A stretch of DNA of 53,707 bases. It comes from Thermoanaerobaculia bacterium (GTDB lineage: Bacteria > Acidobacteriota > Thermoanaerobaculia > UBA5066). The translations under genes were made by a program, and so were the position numbers. Below, one piece after another: positions 38,637-47,506 of this stretch. Positions within the stretch are counted from its first letter, which is position 1, and each line of letters starts with the position of its first letter. The DNA is taken from assembly GCA_038245905.1 (NCBI GenBank), contig JBBRRY010000028.1, forward strand, positions 1 through 53,707. The letters are read 5' to 3'. Under the pieces are notes generated by a model. The model did no database searches. It saw only the letters and a program-made list of their open reading frames with translations, and was not told the origin of the DNA.

Positions 38637-39673
38637 GCCAACAACACCGACTCGACCGCACGAAGGACGTCCGCGGGCCTGACGCCCTCCATGCACGCGT
38701 GGTCGATCGGGCACACGGCGAAGCGGCAGGGCGCGCAGAGCGTGCGGGAGCGCGCGAGCGCGAGACGAACGGGCTTGCCGTCCGCACGCGGCCCGTCCCA
38801 CGGCCGCGTGGCCTCGGGATCCGTCGGACCGAAGACGACCACGGACGGCGTGCCCGCGGCGCTTGCGAGATGCGCGAGGCCGGAGTCGTTGCCGAGGAAG
38901 AGAGCCGCTTCGGCGAGAACGCCGAGCGCCTCGGGGAGCGACGTGGCGCCCGAGAGGTCGAAGACGCGCGCCCTCTTCGCGAGGTCCGCGGCCTCGCGGT
39001 TGACGCTCTTTTCCGCGGCGCTTCCGAGAAGCACGACCGGGAGTCCGCGCCGCGCCGCGAGATCGTCGAAGACGGCGGCGAAGCGTCCGAGCTCCCACCG
39101 TTTGGCCGCGTGAGCGAAGGACGCGACGTGCGCGGCGACGAACGCCCCGCCTTTCCAGCCGGCTTCTGTGAGGCGCCGGCGCGCGCCCTCCCGAAGGGAG
39201 GCCCCGACGGGCCACGAGACGTCGGGTGCCGAGGCGTGCGCGGCGCCCGCCGCCTCCGCGAGGCGCAGGTGTTTCCAGACCTGGTGTTCGCCGGGCGCGA
39301 GGGAAAGACCCACGGCGCTCGTCAGGAGCAGGCCGCGCCATTCGCCCCGGTATCCGATGCGTTCGGGTACGCCCGCGCGGGCGAGCGTCCACGCGGACTC
39401 GAAGCTCGTCGGGAGGATGACCGCGCGATCGAAGCGGGCGGCCCGGATCACGCCCGCCAGGCGCCCCCGAGCGTTCGAGTCGGCATCGCTTCCGTTCGCG
39501 TCGTCGGCGACGACCTCGTCGACCTCGGGAAGAAGGCGATACAGCTCCGCGACCCACGGGCGCGCGAGGATCGCGAGGGTGCCGTTCGGGTCGGAGGCGC
39601 GGAGAGCCCGGACGGCCGGCAGGGACATGACGACGTCGCCGACCCAGTTCGTGGCGCGGACGAGCGTCCTCAC
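38633..39673 (-). CDS. waaF: LPS heptosyltransferase II, GT9 family
   Basis: GTG 39673; VRATNWVGDVVMSLP, AKRW, NDSGLAHLA, FGPTDP, CAPC...CP.DH.CM. Confidence 0.9.
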   Translation of the reverse strand: MRTLVRATNWVGDVVMSLPAVRALRASDPNGTLAILARPWVAELYRLLPEVDEVVADDANGSDADSNARGRLAGVIRAARFDRAVILPTSFESAWTLARAGVPERIGYRGEWRGLLLTSAVGLSLAPGEHQVWKHLRLAEAAGAAHASAPDVSWPVGASLREGARRRLTEAGWKGGAFVAAHVASFAHAAKRWELGRFAAVFDDLAARRGLPVVLLGSAAEKSVNREAADLAKRARVFDLSGATSLPEALGVLAEAALFLGNDSGLAHLASAAGTPSVVVFGPTDPEATRPWDGPRADGKPVRLALARSRTLCAPCRFAVCPIDHACMEGVRPADVLRAVESVLLA

Positions 39674-40734
39674 GCATTCTCCAGGAGAACGTACAGGAGC
39701 TCCGCCTCGACGCGCTCGACGGTGTGCGCGATGGTGCGGCCCGCGGCGACCGAACGGCCTGCCTCCCGAAGGCGCGTGCGGCGCTCCGGGTCGAGGAGAA
39801 GGGCGCGGACCGTGGATTCCCAGACGAGAAGGTCCAGCGACGGCACGAGGACGCCTGCCGCGCCGCCCGCGACGATCTCCGGCACCCCGCCGACGTCGTG
39901 CGCGATGACCGGGCACCCTGCGGCCATCGCCTCGACGAGAGAGAGAGGCGCTCCCTCGCTGTCGGTCGGCAGCAGCAGGAGATGGCTCGCCGCGAGGCGC
40001 GCGGCCACGTCCCCGACCTGACCCGCGAAATCGCAGCGCTCCGCGACGCCGAGCGCCTCTGCGCGGGCCACGATGGCGGGTTGGTCCGGCCCGGTCCCGA
40101 GGAAGAGCAGTACGGCGTCGAGGCCGCCGCGCACGAGAAGCGCGAGGACTTCGACGGCGACGCGCTGACCCTTGCGGCCGTCGAAGGCGCCGACGTGGAT
40201 GAGCCGGAACGGCGGAGCGGGCGGGAGGGGCGCCTCGACGAAGGCGCCCGAAGGAAGGCCGTCTGGCACGACGACGATCCGGGCGGCGGCGACGCCCGCC
40301 GCGACCAGAGTCGCCTCGACGGCCGTCGAGACGGCGAGGAAACGGTCCGCAGCGCGATATTTCGCGCGCGAGAGGGGATGGCGCGAGGGACGAAAGTCGA
40401 CGCGCCGGTGAACGACGAGCGGACGCCCGGCGGACGCTCGGCTCCAGATCGCCGCCCCGTGTCCGCGCGAATCTCCCGCGTAGACGGCGTCCGGCCGGAA
40501 CAGTCGCGCGGCCCGCGCCACCGCCATGAGCAGCAGCGGCGACGCCTCGGAGCCAGCTGGCGCCTCGACGACGTCGATCGCTCCGCGCCCCCGGAGGACC
40601 CCCGCGAGCGGCGCCCCGCGCCGGCCGACGAACCGGATTACGTGCCCGCGGTCCGCGAGCGCCTCCAGAAGCAGGGCCGTCTGCCCCTGGCCGCCGCGCA
40701 AGCCGGGACCGAGGTCGAGGGCGAGCAACCTCAC
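39670..40734 (-). CDS. GT4-family glycosyltransferase
   Basis: RGGQGQ, HRRVDF, EGAPLSLVEAMAAGCPVIAHDVGGVPE. Confidence 0.9.
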   Translation of the reverse strand: MRLLALDLGPGLRGGQGQTALLLEALADRGHVIRFVGRRGAPLAGVLRGRGAIDVVEAPAGSEASPLLLMAVARAARLFRPDAVYAGDSRGHGAAIWSRASAGRPLVVHRRVDFRPSRHPLSRAKYRAADRFLAVSTAVEATLVAAGVAAARIVVVPDGLPSGAFVEAPLPPAPPFRLIHVGAFDGRKGQRVAVEVLALLVRGGLDAVLLFLGTGPDQPAIVARAEALGVAERCDFAGQVGDVAARLAASHLLLLPTDSEGAPLSLVEAMAAGCPVIAHDVGGVPEIVAGGAAGVLVPSLDLLVWESTVRALLLDPERRTRLREAGRSVAAGRTIAHTVERVEAELLYVLLENA

Positions 40735-40784
40735 GCGGGAGAGGATAGCGCCCGCCGCGATGGGCGCCTGCTAATGTCGCGGCC

Positions 40785-41582
40785 GTGCGCGCGCCCGTTT
40801 CGGTCGTCATCATCGCCAGGAACGAAGAGGACCGGCTCGGGGCCGCGCTGGACTCCGTCGCGTTCGCGGACGAGGTCGTCGTCGCGGACACGGGTTCGAC
40901 GGACGGGACGCAGGATTTGGCGCGCCTGGGCGGAGCCCGCGTCGTCCCGAGCGGGTGGGAAGGCTTCGTCGCCTCGCGCAACCGGGCCCTCGCCGAGGCC
41001 CGGCACGACTGGGTGCTCGTCCTCGACGCGGACGAGCGCGTGCCGGAAGCGCTGCGTGCCGAAATTCTCGCGGTCCTCGGGAGGGACGACCCGTCCGTCG
41101 CCGGCTACCGGATGCCGCGCCTCTCTCACTTCCTCTCCCGGCCGTTGCGCCATGGCACCTGGTATCCCGATTTCAAATTGCGCCTCGGTCGAAGGTCACG
41201 CGGCCTCAGGGCGGAAGGAGGGCGCGTCCACGAAGTGATGGTCGTCGACGGCCCCGTCGAGAAGCTCGTCGCGCCCCTCGTGCATCACCCGTATCGCGAC
41301 CTCTCCGACGCTCTCCGAAAGGCGTCGACATACGCGCGGCTCGGAGCCGAGGATCGATACGACCGTGGCGCGCGCGGGAACGCCTGGGTGCTCTTCTTCC
41401 GCCCGGTTTTCGAGTTTTTCCGTTTCCTCGTGCTGCGGGCGGCGTTTCTGGACGGACTGGTCGGTTTCTATGTTGCGTTTCTTCACGCATTCTCGTATTT
41501 TCTGCGCGCTGCTTTTTTGCTGGAAATTCAACGGCGCACCCCTGTTGAACAGAGAGGGCGCCAGAAGGAGATCACGACATGA
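40785..41582 (+). CDS. GT2-family glycosyltransferase (WaaE/KdtX-like)
   Basis: IIARNEE, DTGSTDGT, WVLVLDADE, WYPD, VHE. Confidence 0.88.
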   Translation: MRAPVSVVIIARNEEDRLGAALDSVAFADEVVVADTGSTDGTQDLARLGGARVVPSGWEGFVASRNRALAEARHDWVLVLDADERVPEALRAEILAVLGRDDPSVAGYRMPRLSHFLSRPLRHGTWYPDFKLRLGRRSRGLRAEGGRVHEVMVVDGPVEKLVAPLVHHPYRDLSDALRKASTYARLGAEDRYDRGARGNAWVLFFRPVFEFFRFLVLRAAFLDGLVGFYVAFLHAFSYFLRAAFLLEIQRRTPVEQRGRQKEITT

Positions 41583-41983
41583 AGCTCACGATTGGTCGTT
41601 CGTTCGGAGGCGCGTTGGCCCTTGCCGCGGCCTCGGTCCTGGTCCTTGGCGGTTGCGCGAAGCCAGAGGAGAAGGGCACGATGGAGAAGGCCGGCGCCGC
41701 CGCCGACAAGGCCGTCGAGAAGGTCAAGGACGCCTCGGCTGACGCCGCGAAGTCCGTGAGCGACGCCGCCGCCGCCGCCGCCACTTCGGTTGGTCAGGCC
41801 GCCGAAAAGGCCAAGGATTCCATGGCCGCCGCCGGGAGCACGGCCGCCGCCGCCGTCGAGAAGGCCGCTGACAAGGCCGTCGCCTCCGCCGACAAGGCGG
41901 CAACACAGGCCGCCGACAAGGCGAAGGACGCCGCGGCGGGCGCCGCGAAGGCCACGAGCACGGCCGTCGCCCCCAAGAAGTAA
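41579..41983 (+). CDS. Ala/Lys-rich repetitive lipoprotein
   Basis: AAGGAG SD, lipobox LGGC, repeated AADKA/AEKAKD units. Confidence 0.8.
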   Translation: MKLTIGRSFGGALALAAASVLVLGGCAKPEEKGTMEKAGAAADKAVEKVKDASADAAKSVSDAAAAAATSVGQAAEKAKDSMAAAGSTAAAAVEKAADKAVASADKAATQAADKAKDAAAGAAKATSTAVAPKK

Positions 41984-42001
41984 GAAAGTCCCTCGATTTT
42001 C

Positions 42002-42739
42002 ATGGCGGCTTCCGGTATCCCGGGGGCCGCCTTTCGTTTGAAGAGCCTGGAAGACTCCGGTTCTCTCGCTCGGCTCGGTAACGAGATTGTTTCCTGCCGC
42101 GCGTGTCCGCGCCTTGTCGCGTGGCGCGAGGAATCCGCCGCCCACCCGCCGCGACGCTTTCAGGGGCAGCGCTATTGGGGCCGCCCGGTGCCGGGCTTCG
42201 GCGATGCCGAGGCGCGCCTCCTCGTCGTTGGGCTCGCGCCCGCGGCGAACGGAGGCAACCGGACGGGTCGCGTCTTCACCGGCGACGCTTCGGGAGATTT
42301 TCTCTTCGCCGCGCTTCACCGCGCGGGTATCGCGAATCAGCCGAGCTCCGTGTCGCAGGGTGATGGCCTGAGGCTGCGGGGTGCCTGGATCGCCGCCGCG
42401 GTGCGTTGCGCTCCGCCGGACAACAAGCCGACGCCCGCGGAATTCTCGCGCTGCCGCCCGTTCCTCGTCCGCGAGATCGCGGCGCTGCCGAACCTGGAGG
42501 TCGTCCTCGCGCTCGGGGCGCACGCGTGGCAGGAGTCGATCGAGGCGCTGACGGCCAACGGCGCTCCGAGGCCCAAACCGATCCCGGCGTTCGCTCATGC
42601 CGCGGAGGCGGCGATCGGGGAGAAGCGCCTGATCGCCTCGTACCACGTCAGCCAGCAGAACACGTTCACGGGGCGCCTTACGCCGGCGATGTTCGACGCG
42701 GTTCTCCGGCGCGTGGGGATCGAAGAGGACCAAAGATAA
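42002..42739 (+). CDS. Uracil-DNA glycosylase (family 5, UdgB-like)
   Basis: CRACPRL, GLAPAANGGNRTGRVFTGD, RCAPPDNKP, YHVSQQNTFTGRL. Confidence 0.92.
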   Translation: MAASGIPGAAFRLKSLEDSGSLARLGNEIVSCRACPRLVAWREESAAHPPRRFQGQRYWGRPVPGFGDAEARLLVVGLAPAANGGNRTGRVFTGDASGDFLFAALHRAGIANQPSSVSQGDGLRLRGAWIAAAVRCAPPDNKPTPAEFSRCRPFLVREIAALPNLEVVLALGAHAWQESIEALTANGAPRPKPIPAFAHAAEAAIGEKRLIASYHVSQQNTFTGRLTPAMFDAVLRRVGIEEDQR

Positions 42740-42790
42740 AGATCTGCTTAGAACGCAATAGGGCGCCGGCGCGCCCCACCCACCCTTTAA

Positions 42791-42815
42791 GAAACACACG
42801 TTCTTCCTCTGCGTA
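42791..42815 (+). promoter_or_regulatory. ECF-type promoter GAAAC-N16-CGTA
   Basis: Matches the SigW-type consensus (TGAAAC-N16-CGTA); ATG of the DUF2911 gene is 9 nt downstream with no SD. Confidence 0.55.
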
Positions 42816-42824
42816 TCAGGCTCC

Positions 42825-43973
42825 ATGAACAAGCACGCGCGCCCCCTTGCGATCGCCGTTTTTGCCGCATTCGCCTTCGTTTCTTCCGCCCCTGCCACCG
42901 CTCAGCCCCATTACCTCCCCGCGAGCGGGGATAACCAGCGGGCTTTCGTCAGGCAGCAGGTGGGGCCCGTGGAAGTCTCGATCTCCTACGGGAGCCCGCG
43001 CGTCGTCCTGAAGGGCAACGACCGCCGGGGCAAGATCTGGGGCACGCTCGTGCCTTATGGCCTGACCGCCCTCGACTTCAACGACTGCAAGTCTTGCCCC
43101 TGGCGTGCCGGGGCGAACGAGGGGACGGTTTTCACGGTTTCGGACGAGGTGAAAATTCAGGGCAAGTCCCTTCCCGCGGGCTCCTACGCGCTCTTCGCGA
43201 TCACGGGCACTGAGGAGTGGACCTTCATCTTCTCGAAGAACACGACATCCTGGGGGGCCTACTGGTACGACCCGAAAGAGGACATGCTGCGCGTGACCGC
43301 GAAGCCCATTAAGAGCGACTATCACGAGTGGCTCGCGTACGAGTTCACGGAGCGTGAGCCGGCGAAGGCGACGGTCGCCCTGAAGTGGGAGGACCTTCAG
43401 GTTCCGTTCGCGATCACGGTCGACGATGTCCCGGCGCGCTGGGTCTCGAAGATGAAGGATGCGCTGCGCGGGTACACGGGCTTCACGTGGGAGAACTGGC
43501 AGCAGGCGGCGGACTACTGTTTGAAGAACAAGATCGCTTTCCCCGAGGCGCTCGACTGGGCGCAGCGTGCCACCGGCCCGAACTTCGGCGGCGCGGGTCA
43601 GATTCTCGCGCAGACGACACTCGCGCGCGCGCAGTCCGCGAACGGGATGGAGGCCGAGGCCGCCAAGACGTGGGAGAAGGCAATCAACCTGCCGGGCGCG
43701 ACGCAGTTCCAGATCCACCAGGTCGGCCGCGGGCTTCTCGCCGAGGGCAAGGCCCAGCAGGCCCTCTCGATCTTCCAGACGAACGCGAAGCGTTACCCGA
43801 ACCAGTGGCCCGTGCACGTCGGGCTCATGCGCGGCTACGCGGCGGTCGGCGATGCGAAAAAAGCACTCGAGGAAGCGCGCCTCGCGCTCCCGCAGGCGCC
43901 GGACGAGGTCAACAAGAAAAGCATCGCGGACGCGATCGCGAGACTCGAGAAGGGCGACACGAAGATCAACTGA
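42825..43973 (+). CDS. DUF2911-domain exported protein with TPR-like C-terminus
   Basis: Signal peptide, QQVG...ISYGSP, IWG.LVPYG, WRAGANE, LPAGSYALF. Confidence 0.82.
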   Translation: MNKHARPLAIAVFAAFAFVSSAPATAQPHYLPASGDNQRAFVRQQVGPVEVSISYGSPRVVLKGNDRRGKIWGTLVPYGLTALDFNDCKSCPWRAGANEGTVFTVSDEVKIQGKSLPAGSYALFAITGTEEWTFIFSKNTTSWGAYWYDPKEDMLRVTAKPIKSDYHEWLAYEFTEREPAKATVALKWEDLQVPFAITVDDVPARWVSKMKDALRGYTGFTWENWQQAADYCLKNKIAFPEALDWAQRATGPNFGGAGQILAQTTLARAQSANGMEAEAAKTWEKAINLPGATQFQIHQVGRGLLAEGKAQQALSIFQTNAKRYPNQWPVHVGLMRGYAAVGDAKKALEEARLALPQAPDEVNKKSIADAIARLEKGDTKIN

Positions 43974-45432
43974 TCGATCGCAAGTAGTCGAACTTCCTCT
44001 CGTAGTCGATTCCCATGTTCCAGGGGAAGGATGCGTACGGCATGAGAGTCACGGAAAAGGGAACCGGCGGAACGTAGCGCGCGATCTCCTCATGGAGCGC
44101 GGCGGACTGCAAATCGTTCGGCTCGTCTCCGGCGCGGAGCTGAAAGGTGAGCCGCAGCTCCTCTCCGTCGATGGCCATGTGGAAGTTGGCGGTGAGCCTC
44201 GAGGCGATGTCGGCCTGGGCATAGAGGCCTTCCTTCACCATCTCAGGGGTGACGACGTGGCGTCCGATCAGGAGGGCTTTCTGCCGCCCATACACGGCTA
44301 CGAAGGGAAGCTCCGGCCCTGGATCCAACCGATGGCCGTGCTCGTTCAGCACGCGCGCGACGTCGGAGAACCGGAAGAGGCGGGCCAGATCCCCGGTCCG
44401 GTAGCGGAGAAGAGGCAGCTTCAGAGCGGGGCTGAGCATCGAGACGACGAGCTCGCCCGGCGCCTCGGTCGCCTCACCCGGCGCGGGAAGCGTCTCGAGA
44501 AACGTGCGGTGCGGATAGGAGACGAAGAACATCGGACAGACGCGCGCCTCCGGACCGAAGAGCGCGGCGCGCAGCTTGGGATCCACGTGAGCCCAGCGGC
44601 GGATCTGGATCGTCTGCGGCGTTTCGTGGAAGAGGTTGAGGTCCAGCTCGGCGATGCCCATGGAGGAACCGATGAGCGGCTGGGTGGCCGAACCTATTTG
44701 GACGTGCGTGAGCTGTGCCATGTAGGAGCGCCAGTTCTCCGCGATGCCCTCCTCGCCGGCGATCCAGTGGGTGCGCCGGCGAGCCCAGTCGATGCCGTCC
44801 CGCGCCCCGTCCTCGGCGAGCTTCTTCAGAAAAGCCCCTTCACCCAAGACGACCACCTGCTCGAAGGGGGGCACGAACTTGCGGATCACGGCGAGAGCCA
44901 TGTCCGCGCGAACGGACGTCTCCGCGATCGGCAGGCGCGTCGAGATCTTGACGCCCATCGGAAGCGCGTTGACGACGAGGGTGCGGTATCGCGACGTATC
45001 GCAGTAGGCTTCGAGGCCCAGGTCGATGCTGCGCGCCGACTGCCTGAGATTCTCCTCCGTGTTGACTCCGTAGGAAAAGACTCCGGAGTGGCCTGAGCTC
45101 GTCAGGAACGACGTCAAGCCCGAGAGGTCGCCGTCCAGGCACCAGTCGGCCAGGTCGTCATCCAAAAAGACAGTGGCCTTGTCGAGAAGGGGAATTCGCG
45201 TCCGGAAGTCGCCGAGCGTGATGATGCCGGCGGCCTCGACGCCCCGCTGCGCGAGGAGGCGCCGATAGGCGGGCACGCGCCGGGCCGAGCGCCGGAACGC
45301 CTCGAGAGTGAGACGCTCGTTCAGCCGGAGCCAGTCGGCTTCGTGCTTGTCGCGCAGGATCCGAAGGGCCCATCCTTGCTGGAGGGCCTCGAGGTGACCC
45401 CGCACGCGGTTCACTACGGCGCTGAGGAGCAT
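43966..45432 (-). CDS. Phenylacetate-CoA ligase-like (PaaK-family) adenylate-forming enzyme
   Basis: VPAYRRLL, IPLLDK, P-loop TSSGHSG, AGE, GELVVSML...PLLRYRTGD. Confidence 0.78.
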   Translation of the reverse strand: MLLSAVVNRVRGHLEALQQGWALRILRDKHEADWLRLNERLTLEAFRRSARRVPAYRRLLAQRGVEAAGIITLGDFRTRIPLLDKATVFLDDDLADWCLDGDLSGLTSFLTSSGHSGVFSYGVNTEENLRQSARSIDLGLEAYCDTSRYRTLVVNALPMGVKISTRLPIAETSVRADMALAVIRKFVPPFEQVVVLGEGAFLKKLAEDGARDGIDWARRRTHWIAGEEGIAENWRSYMAQLTHVQIGSATQPLIGSSMGIAELDLNLFHETPQTIQIRRWAHVDPKLRAALFGPEARVCPMFFVSYPHRTFLETLPAPGEATEAPGELVVSMLSPALKLPLLRYRTGDLARLFRFSDVARVLNEHGHRLDPGPELPFVAVYGRQKALLIGRHVVTPEMVKEGLYAQADIASRLTANFHMAIDGEELRLTFQLRAGDEPNDLQSAALHEEIARYVPPVPFSVTLMPYASFPWNMGIDYERKFDYLRSIS

Positions 45433-45458
45433 CGGTCCTTTCGTCGGGCGGGGTGCCT

Positions 45459-46103
45459 TCAGCGCCGCGCGTTCAATGAGGGTTTGGCGTGGCGTTGCGC
45501 CCGCGACCGGGTGATGAGTTTCCTGAGCTCGGAGACGTGGCTCTGGGCCATCGACCGAAGGCAGTCGTCGAGATTCATCACGTACGGCAGGACCGGGCCG
45601 CCGTATTCCATCGGCTCGCCGATCGGCACGAAGGGATAGCCGAACCTCTTCAAGAGACGGCAGAGCGCGGGTTCCATGGCGGCCAGAGCGTAATCGCGTC
45701 CCTGCTGCAGGCCCTCCACGAGAGCGACTCGAAACAAGGCGGCCGAGAGAGAGGTCGTCCGCTCCCTGTGGTCCTTCGAGACGATGAGCCGCGAGATCTC
45801 GCTCATCTTGTGGCGCGGTAAGTCGTAAAACGCGGGAAACAGCGAGGAGGTGTGCTGTTCGAGCGGAAACCCGTGAGGCCCGTCGCCGACGAGCCTCAAC
45901 GTCGCGATCGGACGGTTCTCCTCGTCGGCGGCGACGAAGTGGACGGAGTAGTCATCGAATTCGTCCCGCTCGAGCTCATCTGGAAATCCGGCAGCGTCCA
46001 GAAAATGCTTCTCGACGCAGTACACATCGTAACGAAGGTGCCAAACGCGCCCCATCGTCGAGTCTTCGAGATCGACACGTTTGAGAGTGACGTCTTGCTC
46101 CAT
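45459..46103 (-). CDS. GNAT acyltransferase of the LuxI/FeeM/exosortase-associated fold
   Basis: LRYDVYCVE, ERDEFD, HF, TLRL, EISRL, AAMEPAL.RLL..FG..F..IGEP.EY.G. Confidence 0.78.
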   Translation of the reverse strand: MEQDVTLKRVDLEDSTMGRVWHLRYDVYCVEKHFLDAAGFPDELERDEFDDYSVHFVAADEENRPIATLRLVGDGPHGFPLEQHTSSLFPAFYDLPRHKMSEISRLIVSKDHRERTTSLSAALFRVALVEGLQQGRDYALAAMEPALCRLLKRFGYPFVPIGEPMEYGGPVLPYVMNLDDCLRSMAQSHVSELRKLITRSRAQRHAKPSLNARR

Positions 46104-46241
46104 CGCCTGGCCCTTCGTCCTGCTTCCGGGGAGGCGAGATTATATCCGAGCGACGTTCAATAGATGTGTAAAGCCAAAGGCGACTTCGCTGCGGCGCGCG
46201 TTAGCACCGCGGCGCGCGGCTTGAGCGAAGTGATAGAAATC

Positions 46242-47492
46242 CTAGAACAGCTTGACCGCCTGCGAACCGCTGGAGGCAAAGCCGGGGAACACAGCCTTCA
46301 GGTCCTTGAGGCCGAGGTGCGACGTCAGAACTTCACCGAGCACTTCGCGGTGGTCGGTCGTCACGGCGAGGTCGCGTCCCTCGAAGAGGTCCGCCTCGCG
46401 GAGGCCCTTCCAGCGCGTGACGACTCTCCGGCCCCGGACGCCGCCCCCGAGGACGAGCATGACGGAGCCGTGGCCGTGGTCGGTCCCGCGGGTTCCATTC
46501 TCCTTCACCGTCCGGCCGAATTCAGTCATCGTGACGACGCACACGTCGGCCATCCGCTCGCAGAGATCGCCCGCGAACGCGCCGAGCGCGTCGCCCAGCT
46601 CGCCGAGCCGCGCCGCGAGAGGCCCGGTCGAGGAGCCCTGCCCGGCGTGCGTGTCCCATCCTGTGCAGTCCGTCGCGGCGATTTCGAGGCCGATATCCGC
46701 CTTGATGAGCTGCGCGATCTGCTTGAGGCGCTGGCCGATCGGCGCAGACGGATACGCCGCGCCGTGTTCTTCCGTGAAGCGGCCGGGATTCGCTTCCTGC
46801 AGGACGCGCAGCGCGTCGAACGCCTCGCGCCCGGTCGTACGGAGGCCGCCGTCGGCGGCCGCGGCGTAATCCCGCGAAAAGCACGCTGCAAGAGCCTCGC
46901 CGCTCCTTCCGGCACGGACGCCGAAATCGGAGACCGCGCCCATCGAGAGAGCCGCGGCCCGCCCCGCGAGAGAGCGCGGGAGGTTCGGCTGAAGCGCGAC
47001 GGCACGGAAGGCCGATGCAGCGGGCTCGGGGCGGGCCTGGAGCAACCGATTCTGCCAGCCGTCGGGCGTGGACTTCACGCCCGGCGTCCCCGCGTCGAGA
47101 GAGTCCTGCGCGTCGAAGTGCGAACGAGTCGGATCCGGCGAGCCCACCGCGTGCACGATCGCGAGAGAACCCTCGTTCCAGAGAGGCCGCAGCGCCACGA
47201 GCGCGGGGTGGAGCGCAAAGTGGCCGTCGAGGTCGAACGCCGCGCCCTTGCCGGAGCCAGGAGGAGGAATCGCGATCGAGGGGCGCGCGGCGGAATAGGC
47301 CGCTTCGGCGACGGGTGAAACCATCGCGAGTCCGTCGACGGCGCCCCTCTGGAAGATCGTGACGAGGATCTTGCGGCGACCCGACGCCGTGTCGGCGAGC
47401 GCACGCCTCAGAAAGCCGGGTGCGAAGCCGAACCCGGCCAGAGCAAGCCCCGAGGATTTCAGGAAGAAACGGCGGTCGTGTTGCGCGTTCAT
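46242..47492 (-). CDS. DUF1501-domain protein, Tat-exported
   Basis: ATG 47492; RRFFLK twin-Arg, FQRGAVDGL, TRSHFDAQD, GWDTH, TEFGRT.KENG..GTDHGHG. Confidence 0.88.
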   Translation of the reverse strand: MNAQHDRRFFLKSSGLALAGFGFAPGFLRRALADTASGRRKILVTIFQRGAVDGLAMVSPVAEAAYSAARPSIAIPPPGSGKGAAFDLDGHFALHPALVALRPLWNEGSLAIVHAVGSPDPTRSHFDAQDSLDAGTPGVKSTPDGWQNRLLQARPEPAASAFRAVALQPNLPRSLAGRAAALSMGAVSDFGVRAGRSGEALAACFSRDYAAAADGGLRTTGREAFDALRVLQEANPGRFTEEHGAAYPSAPIGQRLKQIAQLIKADIGLEIAATDCTGWDTHAGQGSSTGPLAARLGELGDALGAFAGDLCERMADVCVVTMTEFGRTVKENGTRGTDHGHGSVMLVLGGGVRGRRVVTRWKGLREADLFEGRDLAVTTDHREVLGEVLTSHLGLKDLKAVFPGFASSGSQAVKLF

Positions 47493-47506
47493 GAGGGTTT
47501 CCGCCG

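Noticed and set aside
27893-46103. GNAT/ligase pair as the maturases of the NHLP precursor
   Set aside because: They are about 16 kb apart with housekeeping genes between and no leader-recognition domain is visible. It cannot be excluded but is unsupported.
46183-46231. ACTTCGCT...AGCGAAGT inverted repeat as a lux-box or riboswitch
   Set aside because: It does not match the 20-bp lux-box form; more likely a weak hairpin downstream of DUF1501.
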